Shown: one piece after another, positions 38,439 through 46,056 of the stretch
How the letters are laid out: the number at the start of each line of letters is the position of its first letter
How positions within the stretch are numbered: the stretch's first letter is position 1
Source of the DNA: Candidatus Brocadiia bacterium JP1
GTDB taxonomy: Bacteria > Planctomycetota > Brocadiia > Brocadiales > Bathyanammoxibiaceae
Assembly: GCA_051388875.1 (NCBI GenBank)
Contig: JBMFFR010000002.1
Location: 283,940-347,939 of the forward strand
Reading direction: 5' to 3'
Length of the DNA stretch: 64,000 nt
Made by a program: the position numbers and the translations under genes
Notes under the pieces: model-generated
Told to the model about the DNA's origin: nothing
Databases searched by the model: none
What the model saw: the letters and a program-made list of their open reading frames with translations, nothing else

Positions 38439-41042
38439 TTACTCCAGGCTATTCAACTGATGTAACTTCCTTGCCTCCTCCTGTATCCTTGTGAGCCTTC
38501 CCATAGTATGAGAGGTCCCCCACCACCAGCTTATATCCTGTTGTGCGTGGGCGGTGCCTTTGTACCCCTGTAAGTGATTCCAGAACCACATCTCCGTATA
38601 CTCCCTCTCTATGGGGCTGGGGTTACCATCAGCCTGGGTAAAAACACCGTACACCCCCAGGACGGGGCCTATAATCGGCAGGTGTCCGCTAGTTTCCCTG
38701 AATTGTTCGTAGAGTTGCGGTCCAAGTTTTTCCGGTCCTAACCTCTCTACCATCAAGTCCCAGAGTGGGTACGGGGGCCTTTCTTCCGGGGTGGGCTTAA
38801 CCACGTTATTGGCAAAAACTTCTTCCAGGAGGAGTTGCGCCCGGTCTACCCTCTGCCATGAGGCGAACATATATTGGTCGGTAGCATCAAACCACATACT
38901 TGAGAAGCGGTTACTATGGCACCTGGTGCATAGCTCCAGCCATAATTGCTTGCGCTTATTGTTTTCTGGGGAATAAATCTCCAGCTTCTTATCCATGGGT
39001 GGAATCTTAACCCCGTATGGGAAATCCTTAATCCTGGATTTAAATTCTACCTCTACCGGTGGGATAACCCCCATGCGCCATATACCCTTCGTTTCTACAT
39101 TCATCTCCCAGCGATTATCTCCTACATACATATGACAGTATTGACAGGTGGGGGAGAGATAATCCTTCCCAGGAACCACTTCAGAGAGTTTCTTTTCCCA
39201 ATCCCATTTCTCCCCGGTAGTATGGTAGAGTATGCCCCATTTGGACATCTCATAACTCTCCCAATCAGGGTGGTCGGGACCCATATGGCAGCCTGCACAT
39301 GCCTCTGGACGGCGGGCCTGCTCGGAGGAAAAGAGGTGGCGGGCATGGCAATCATCGCAGGAGGACATGTTCTGGTGGCACTGGTCGCACCCAACCATGG
39401 CGTGCCCTTCGCCCCTCCGGTAGTTTTCAACATACCAGGGGGTGGACACACTCCCCTCCCAGCTCTGGGTATGATTGGGCTTCCCGTAGTCCCTGCCTCT
39501 GGCGAACTCCTTGGCCTCCTTAGAATGGCAGATACCACAACTATTATCGGCAGTGGGCATGTACAGGTGCTCGTGGTCATGCCCGTGGCAGTAGGAGCAG
39601 TAGACACCGTCCGTGGTGCCAGGTGTCCACGAGTCTAGTTTCTTCCCTATAAGTTCTTCTATTTCCATGGTTTCCTGTGCCTGTTCAGGATTCCTTTTGG
39701 TGTTGGCGTGAGCGGATATTTTCCATTCTTCCACAAGCCCGGGGGTAGCCTCCTCGTGACACTCTATGCACTGCTCGTGGTCATACTTTTTTGAAAGCTC
39801 CTCGTAACGCTGACTGTCGGGTGGCGTATAATGTCTCGTCGGATTGAAATAGGTATAAAAGGGTATAGGTTTATAGGCATCGCCCCAGGGGCCATCGCCC
39901 TGTTTAAGACCAACAAATTTCTCGTACATCTTTTTAAGTGTGGCATCTGGATAGATTAGGGAAGTTGGTGGAACCCCGAGCGTAGGGGGAGATGTCTCAG
40001 AGGAGGAGGCCTGAGAGACCTTTTGACCATCTTGTTTCCCCGTTATTGACGAGGAAGGTGGAGATGCAGGCACTTCCTTTACTTGCTGTGCGGGTTGCGG
40101 TCCTGTTTGTGCTACCAATTTTTCCGCCTCTTCCACCATGAAGATTCCAAACATCCCGTTCATCATGTGTTCGTGGAAGTGGCAGTGAAATATCCAGTTA
40201 CCCGGCCCGACGTCCTTCCCAGCAATGAAGTCCAAGACGTAGGAGGTGAAGGGTACCAGTCCGATGTTATCAATGAGCTGTCCGCTGGCCCTATCTACCC
40301 AGCGGTGGCCATGGGTGTGAAAGGTGTGCACTTCCTCGGCGGAGTTTATTAGATGAAACCTCACTTTCTCTCCCACTCTCGCACGCCAGACAAGTCCTGG
40401 AAAGGCCGCACTATCTCCGTTCATAAACTCTTTGTCTCCGGACTTGTCGTTAAAGGTCTCGTACTCCTTTCCCTCTACAACGAAGGTGTGCATGAAGACC
40501 ACAAATTCTTTGTCCGGAGGGGTAGGATCTCCCTCCTTGGGTTCCACAATCAGGGCGCCCCATAACCCCCTGTAGAGGCCCTCTTGCCCGCCCCTTTCAA
40601 AGGCATGGGTATGGTAAAACCAGGTGCCGGGTGTGCCAGTGGTGTCCCATTCAAAGACCCTTGTGCCCCCTGGTTCAACTATACTCGTTGGATTGCCAGC
40701 AATATGGGCGCCGTCATTGGCTATATCATACTTTACCCCATGGGGATGGACAGAGGCGGGCACGGTGAGCTTGTTGGTGAAATTAATCCTGAGCTTTGTC
40801 CCTTCTCTAACCTTTAGGGTGGGGCCAGGTACGGTGGGCCTTTGCCCTTTGAGGCAGTAACCCCAGGCATCAAAGAATACCCCTGGCCTGAGCTCAAGGC
40901 TTACGGGCCTTGCCTCCATCTCCACTTCAACCACCCCATCCCTGCCGACAAGACAGGGGATTTCAGCGTGGGCGTCATTAAGTAAGACGGTGGAAAATGC
41001 TATTAATGCTAGCAGTAAATAAACTCTTAAGAGCCGGGGCAT
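38439..41042 (-). CDS. Exported fusion protein: two-domain multicopper oxidase + octahaem cytochrome c (HAO/ONR-like)
   Basis: The signal peptide is MPRLLRVYLLLALIAFSTVLLNDAHA. The MCO ligand motifs are HPHG, WFYHTH, HTFHTHGH and HCHFHEHMMNGM (an exact HCH-x3-H-x4-M). A P/S/Q-rich linker of about 50 aa follows. Then come eight CxxCH motifs (CIECH, CSYCH, CGICH, CDQCH, CDDCH, CAGCH, CQYCH, CTRCH). Confidence 0.9.
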   Translation of the reverse strand: MPRLLRVYLLLALIAFSTVLLNDAHAEIPCLVGRDGVVEVEMEARPVSLELRPGVFFDAWGYCLKGQRPTVPGPTLKVREGTKLRINFTNKLTVPASVHPHGVKYDIANDGAHIAGNPTSIVEPGGTRVFEWDTTGTPGTWFYHTHAFERGGQEGLYRGLWGALIVEPKEGDPTPPDKEFVVFMHTFVVEGKEYETFNDKSGDKEFMNGDSAAFPGLVWRARVGEKVRFHLINSAEEVHTFHTHGHRWVDRASGQLIDNIGLVPFTSYVLDFIAGKDVGPGNWIFHCHFHEHMMNGMFGIFMVEEAEKLVAQTGPQPAQQVKEVPASPPSSSITGKQDGQKVSQASSSETSPPTLGVPPTSLIYPDATLKKMYEKFVGLKQGDGPWGDAYKPIPFYTYFNPTRHYTPPDSQRYEELSKKYDHEQCIECHEEATPGLVEEWKISAHANTKRNPEQAQETMEIEELIGKKLDSWTPGTTDGVYCSYCHGHDHEHLYMPTADNSCGICHSKEAKEFARGRDYGKPNHTQSWEGSVSTPWYVENYRRGEGHAMVGCDQCHQNMSSCDDCHARHLFSSEQARRPEACAGCHMGPDHPDWESYEMSKWGILYHTTGEKWDWEKKLSEVVPGKDYLSPTCQYCHMYVGDNRWEMNVETKGIWRMGVIPPVEVEFKSRIKDFPYGVKIPPMDKKLEIYSPENNKRKQLWLELCTRCHSNRFSSMWFDATDQYMFASWQRVDRAQLLLEEVFANNVVKPTPEERPPYPLWDLMVERLGPEKLGPQLYEQFRETSGHLPIIGPVLGVYGVFTQADGNPSPIEREYTEMWFWNHLQGYKGTAHAQQDISWWWGTSHTMGRLTRIQEEARKLHQLNSLE

Positions 41043-41045
41043 GTT

Positions 41046-42014
41046 CTATTCAACGGTGCAAATGGCCTGTGGGCATTTGATTCTAAGTACCGAGCTACCG
41101 ACCACCCTGAAGCGGTGGTTCAGGTTCTCGGGTCCCCAGTACTCTACATGGAAATTAGCACCAACGGCCAGGTCAAGGTTATGTCTGCCCATTGATACAA
41201 CGAGCGCCACATCTTTTTTGAAAAGGTAACTCTGGAATACCCCTCCCTTTACTAGCTCCTTTATTCCATCTATTTCTAATCTCCCCGTCCGCTCGTAAAC
41301 CTTGTGGAGCAGGGCATAGAGCTTTGGGCTGACCACAAGCGCAAATGGCCCATAAAAACCCTGGCTGGTAAGTTTTTCGGTAGCGGCCACTACATCCTGA
41401 AAACCGTTGCCAATCGTGTTCCAATCACTTAGTTTTACGGTGTTTCTGCCTTCCACATTCAAAAGCCCAGCCATGCCCATATCTGGTAAGCCGTTAAATA
41501 TGAGGTCATCTTCCCTGCTGGCGGAGGCAATGGCAGCCCCAATCGCAGTGCTTATATCCAGGGGTGTTTCGCACTTCTTGCTGGACTCAATATCGCGGTA
41601 GTATAGCCAGAAATCCTTATAGATAAGGGGTATGTGGGTAATATCCCTTTTCAAGGTGTGTATTGAAGCGTTGCCTTCGCCAAGCATGTCAATGCTTGCC
41701 TTGCTGGGCACTGCGTAGGTGTCTAGCGGCACACACTGTACACCAGTCCCCAACGGGCCGTAGACCTCAATAAACTTCCTGCCGACAAGGTGTCTCTCTA
41801 CTGTCTCATGGACTGCGCGCTGTACCTTTTCCCAATCTTCATGTCCAAGACAGACCTCAGAGGTAATTTTGGCGCACCCAGACCCGCCACTCTCAAAAGA
41901 GACGGCGGCTTCCTGTCCATTTGCAAAAGAAACCGAAGTCCCTTGAAAGGAGTAAGACAATGCTACTAGAATGAAAAGCACTGTTAGGGTTTGGGGTTTT
42001 GTTAAGGGCATCAT
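41046..42014 (-). CDS. Family 1 encapsulin (linocin M18-like, HK97-fold) shell protein with an N-terminal Sec-type signal peptide
   Basis: Residues ~55-322 follow the encapsulin pattern over their whole length (EDWEKVQRAVHETVERHLVGRKFIEVYGPLG; REDDLIFNG; GPFALVVSP; ALVVSMGRHNLDLAVGANFHVEY; RIKCPQAICTVE). Residues 1-~33 are MMPLTKPQ, then TLTVLFILVALSYSF, then ..SFA. AGGAGG lies 7 nt upstream. No in-frame ATG/GTG/TTG lies between this start and the shell core. Confidence 0.85.
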   Translation of the reverse strand: MMPLTKPQTLTVLFILVALSYSFQGTSVSFANGQEAAVSFESGGSGCAKITSEVCLGHEDWEKVQRAVHETVERHLVGRKFIEVYGPLGTGVQCVPLDTYAVPSKASIDMLGEGNASIHTLKRDITHIPLIYKDFWLYYRDIESSKKCETPLDISTAIGAAIASASREDDLIFNGLPDMGMAGLLNVEGRNTVKLSDWNTIGNGFQDVVAATEKLTSQGFYGPFALVVSPKLYALLHKVYERTGRLEIDGIKELVKGGVFQSYLFKKDVALVVSMGRHNLDLAVGANFHVEYWGPENLNHRFRVVGSSVLRIKCPQAICTVE

Positions 42015-42299
42015 GGCCTCTCCTCCTGTTTATTTAAATAATAATTTTCTGTATTATTGTTTACTAAAGAATTAAACCATAACGCGTAGTAAAAGTCCAA
42101 CAAAAGGGGCTTACAGGGTTTAAATATTTTCTCTGGTGGCTGTGGGAGTCTATTCTTATGCAAGGGCGATCGGGACACCTAGTCTTTAGGGATTTCTTTC
42201 CATTAAAGAAGGCTTGTCCCACGGGAAACCCGGTGGAGGACCCAGACTCAGGCAAAAGTAGAAAGTATATTTCAAAATTCATAATTGCAATTGAGACTC

Positions 42300-42327
42300 A
42301 TTATAAATGAAACCGCGATTTTGTCAA
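42300..42327 (-). promoter_or_regulatory. Sigma70-like promoter of the encapsulin operon
   Basis: On the minus strand: TTGACA (42327-42322), a 16-nt spacer and TATAAT (42305-42300). This implies a leader of about 280 nt. Confidence 0.4.
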
Positions 42328-42450
42328 CCAAATTTTTCAACACTAGTTGAAACTAGCGTTCAAAACATAGATATTGTCAGGCTTGCCCCGGTAGCATCCG
42401 CTACAATAGAATGATTACCAAGAACTGCTCTAAGACAAATAAGTAGCGAG

Positions 42451-43041
42451 ATGAATAATAAAGAAGAGATAAGACAATCTGTATGGAAGCATCTGGAAGA
42501 CGGTGGCATCGCTGACTTCCCCCGCCCATGCTTCGGCAGGATACCTAATTTCATTGGCTCTGAGAGGGCTACCGAAAGACTACTGACACTGGAGGAATTT
42601 AAGGCCGCAAGGTGTGTGTTCTCTGCACCTGACTATGTCCTTAAAAGGGCTAGAGACCTGGTCTTGGCACAGGGTAAGACCCTGGCCTTTGCCACACCCC
42701 ATATGAAGGCCCTTTTGGAGATTGGGCCCACCAGCAAAGGGGTCTCAGCCACCATAAGGAACATGGCTAAATTGGGTAAGCCCATTAAGACCCTTGTAGA
42801 GTTAGTGCTCCAGGGCAGCGTAGCAGTGGATAGAAAGGGCAACAGGATTGGTAAAGGCAAGGGCTATGGAGATAAAGAGATAGCATGGTTAAAAAGCCAC
42901 CACCTGCTTGCCCCAAATGCCCCGATAGTAACCCTCGTCCACTCCTCCCAGGTATTAGAAGACTTCTCCGCCCTTGTTGAAAAAGGCGATGTGCCCGTGG
43001 ACTATATACTGACAGAAAAAGAGATTATACGGTGTAGATAA
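42451..43041 (+). CDS. 5-formyltetrahydrofolate cyclo-ligase family protein
   Basis: The 196-aa product has a C-terminal GNRIGKGKGYGDKE motif (G.G.GyyD-type) typical of PF01812-like proteins. Confidence 0.7.
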   Translation: MNNKEEIRQSVWKHLEDGGIADFPRPCFGRIPNFIGSERATERLLTLEEFKAARCVFSAPDYVLKRARDLVLAQGKTLAFATPHMKALLEIGPTSKGVSATIRNMAKLGKPIKTLVELVLQGSVAVDRKGNRIGKGKGYGDKEIAWLKSHHLLAPNAPIVTLVHSSQVLEDFSALVEKGDVPVDYILTEKEIIRCR

Positions 43042-43072
43042 CCCCTGTGAAGGTATGCCCCCCAAAATAAAC

Positions 43073-44008
43073 TTACCTGTCTTGCTTTCCTGTATTGGAA
43101 AGGGCCTTGCGGAGGAAGCCTCCCGATAGGAGTAGCATCTCCCTGGCCGCTTTATAATCAAGTTTTTTCAGGTGCATGAGGAGGGCAGTCTTAGCCTCGC
43201 CATTTGCCTTCTTTAAGAGGGTCATTGATTCTTTTCTGGTAAGGCCGGTTACCTTCATGACAATCCTTTCAGCCCTATCCAGGAGTTTGTTGTTAGTGGC
43301 ACGAAGGTCCACCATGAGATTTCCATACACCCTCCCCATCTTTATCATAGCCCCGGTGGTAATGGTGTTAAGCACCAATTTGGTTGCTGTGCCGGCCTTC
43401 ATGCGGGTGGAGCCTGTAACCACCTCTGGGCCGGTGATTGGCCTAATAATAACATCTACCGGGATTTTAGGCGTTACATTGGGTACACAGGTCAGAAAAA
43501 CGGTCTTTGCACCAAGCCGTTGAGCCTCTCTCAGGGCAGATTGCACAAAGGGAGTTGTACCCCCTGCGGCAATGCCAATTATTACGTCCTTTGAACTCAC
43601 TTTAGCAGTCTTTACGACCCTTGCACCTTCAAGGCGTCTATCCTCTGCACCCTCTATAGAACGGAAGACTGCCTTTTTACCCCCAGCGATAAGCCCTCTC
43701 ACCAGGCTAGCCGGCGTACCAAAAGTAGGTGGCATCTCTGAGGCATCCAGGATACCCAGCCTCCCACTTGTGCCAGCCCCTACGTAAAAGAGTCTCCCCC
43801 CCTTTCTAAAGGATTCAACAACTATATCTATTGTATGGGCTATCTCCTTTCTTTGGCTGGCTACGGCAAGTGGAACAGTCCTGTCCTCGCGGTTAATTAT
43901 ACCTACAATCTCAAGGGTACTCTTCGTATCTATATCCGATGTACTAGGATTTGATTTTTCAGTAAGGATTGCTGAGCGGTCGTAAGAGGTTGGACTTTTT
44001 CGGGGCAT
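43073..44008 (-). CDS. murQ: N-acetylmuramic acid 6-phosphate etherase
   Basis: It has a SIS domain with GAGTSGRLGILDASEMPPTFG and a conserved MurQ C-terminus. Confidence 0.9.
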   Translation of the reverse strand: MPRKSPTSYDRSAILTEKSNPSTSDIDTKSTLEIVGIINREDRTVPLAVASQRKEIAHTIDIVVESFRKGGRLFYVGAGTSGRLGILDASEMPPTFGTPASLVRGLIAGGKKAVFRSIEGAEDRRLEGARVVKTAKVSSKDVIIGIAAGGTTPFVQSALREAQRLGAKTVFLTCVPNVTPKIPVDVIIRPITGPEVVTGSTRMKAGTATKLVLNTITTGAMIKMGRVYGNLMVDLRATNNKLLDRAERIVMKVTGLTRKESMTLLKKANGEAKTALLMHLKKLDYKAAREMLLLSGGFLRKALSNTGKQDR

Positions 44009-44042
44009 ACTGTTTCTAATTTCCTTTTCCGCTACCCATTTT

Positions 44043-45311
44043 TTACTGTATATTTATTAGATTCCCCCAGTTTTTGCCAGGGGCTATCTTTCCCAGTATA
44101 ACCCTATCCCTTGCCCCTGTGGCTCTGGGTACATTGGAAGAACGTCCGACTAGCGCCTCATAGGCAAGTACGGCAAAGCTCATAGGCTCTTTGGCCTGAG
44201 TAGGGATACCCAACTCCTCTATGCTGCTGATAGTAACCGAAGGCAGGTACTCTCTCAAAAGGTTTATAAGTGTGTGGTTTTTTGTCCCGCCGCCGTACAA
44301 GATAATTTCGTGTATCATGTGATGAGGCATTATAAATCTTTTATAACCCTCTGCAATGCTTTTTGCTGTGAAGGCAGTTGCCGTTGTAAGTAGAGAGAGT
44401 GCACTTCCTGGGCCGGCCTTTTTTAGTAGGTTATCCGCAAAGTGGTGTCCAAACTCTTCCCTGCCTGTACTTTTAGGTGGAGGTTTCTGAAGGAAGGGAT
44501 GGTCCATAAGCGCCGATAAAAGGGCCTGGTCTACTTGACCGCTTTGGGCGAGGGCTCCCCCCTCATCAAAAGATTGTTTGCCGTTGGTAATGTGATACAC
44601 CAGGCGGTCAATCACCATATTACCCGGCCCTGTGTCAAAGGCAATTATATCGTCCAGCCCTCCTGAAGGGGGGAGAAAGGTTACATTAGCAATACCGCCG
44701 ATATTTTGCAAGGCAATGCCCTTTACGGGGTCCTGGAATAGCAAATAATCTACGTAAGGCACAAGTGGTGCACCGCTCCCCCCGGCCGCCACATCCGCCA
44801 TGCGGAAATCCGCCACCGTAGTTACCCCGGTCTCATAGGCGATTACAGAAGGCTCTCCTAGTTGGAGAGTGGTGGAAAGGTTGATGCCGCCGCGATTAGG
44901 ACTATTGCCCATGGGCCTGGGCTTGGGGCAGTGAAAGAAGGTATGCCCATGCGAGCCTATAAGGTCTATATTGTGTAAGGGTGTGGATGCCTTCTTAGCT
45001 ATACTTTTTGCAGCCTCCGCCAATCGGTAGCCAAGCTGGACGTTTATCCAGGCCAGCCTCTCCGTAGCCGCCACATCCGCCTTGGTCGGATGAACGATTT
45101 CTAGTATCTCTTCACGAAAGAAAGGCTCGTAAGGATTGTTCTCATGGGTAAGGACTTCTACACGAAGCCTACGAGGCTCATGTCTGGCAGTTGCTGAGAT
45201 AAGAGGAGTGATTTCTACAAGGCAGGCTGAAATTCCATCGGTAGAGGTACCCGACATAAGGCCAATGACTTTAAAACTTCGCTCGGGTAGTACTGAGGCT
45301 TTCAAAGGCAT
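44043..45311 (-). CDS. anmK: Anhydro-N-acetylmuramic acid kinase
   Basis: It has the GLMSGTSTDGI N-terminal ATPase motif and the DTGPGN motif. The start is ambiguous: ATG at 45311 or GTG at 45344. Confidence 0.88.
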   Translation of the reverse strand: MPLKASVLPERSFKVIGLMSGTSTDGISACLVEITPLISATARHEPRRLRVEVLTHENNPYEPFFREEILEIVHPTKADVAATERLAWINVQLGYRLAEAAKSIAKKASTPLHNIDLIGSHGHTFFHCPKPRPMGNSPNRGGINLSTTLQLGEPSVIAYETGVTTVADFRMADVAAGGSGAPLVPYVDYLLFQDPVKGIALQNIGGIANVTFLPPSGGLDDIIAFDTGPGNMVIDRLVYHITNGKQSFDEGGALAQSGQVDQALLSALMDHPFLQKPPPKSTGREEFGHHFADNLLKKAGPGSALSLLTTATAFTAKSIAEGYKRFIMPHHMIHEIILYGGGTKNHTLINLLREYLPSVTISSIEELGIPTQAKEPMSFAVLAYEALVGRSSNVPRATGARDRVILGKIAPGKNWGNLINIQ

Positions 45312-45465
45312 AGGATTTACAGTACAAGTGAGACGCCTGGGCACCTACGGAACTGGTAACCCACCGGATTTACTCAATCGCAAAACTTTTTAAAGTCAAT
45401 CCCACTTTTGACCCTTTTTTAGGTGGAGCCAAAAGAGCTCTCTTCTAAAGAATAAAAACACTAGC

Positions 45466-45492
45466 CCACGGGCGGAGTTGAACCGCCAACCC
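45466..45492 (-). other. tRNA 3' fragment (T-arm + acceptor strand only)
   Basis: The minus strand reads GGCGG-TTCAACT-CCGCC followed by CGTGGGC. This is a canonical T-arm followed by a 7-nt acceptor strand. I could not fold an anticodon arm, a D-arm or a matching 5' acceptor strand. Confidence 0.3.
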
Positions 45493-46056
45493 CGGCATTA
45501 CGAAAGCATTCTGACTAAGGTAGCAGTATTTCAGTTCTTTTTCAAATAGTTTATTTTATTAGTACTTACAGAGTACATGTTTGTTTTTATTTTCAGCATT
45601 TTACAGCCTTTTTTAGAGTTTTATTCTACAATCCTTCTACAGTGGAAAAACATAGGTGTTTCACCCTTACCCCCTGGGTGAGTAGAGGGGGGGTAGACGG
45701 GTTAAAAATAGCCAAGCTAGAGGTACATTTTTATCCCTGGAAAGCGATATTATTTTCTGGTGCAAGCTAAGGGCCAGGATAGGGGATTTTATATTAATAC
45801 CCTAACAACCACCCTTAAAAAGACCGATATTGCGGTACAGGGAAAGTGCAGGAATCCCCTCTGTACTAATCAGTTCATCCCTCAAAGGGTAGAGCAGAGG
45901 TGTGCTTTAAGGATATTTTAGGCTGACCTGTTCCCTTCCCTGTCGTAGTGCCTTGTCCACAACACTGTCCCGTTAGAGGCATTATACGCCCTCACTGTGA
46001 AGGCATAGCCACCTGCGGTGGTTCCGGTATAACCAGACGCAAAGACCCTTGTCCCG

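Noticed and set aside
38946-39638. Long ORFs inside or opposite the MCO-cytochrome gene (38946-39638 +, 39122-39607 -, 40083-40860 +)
   Set aside because: They are off-frame or antisense ORFs within a strongly supported 867-aa gene. They have low-complexity Pro/Gly/Arg-rich translations.
41890-41935. Haem-binding site in the N-terminal extension of the encapsulin (two Cys: GCAKITSEVCLGH)
   Set aside because: The spacing is C-x8-C followed by LGH, not CxxCH. No canonical c-type haem motif is present.
45461-45545. A complete tRNA gene upstream of anmK
   Set aside because: Only the T-arm and the 3' acceptor strand can be folded. There is no complementary 5' acceptor strand, D-arm or anticodon arm, so it is reported only as a low-confidence fragment.
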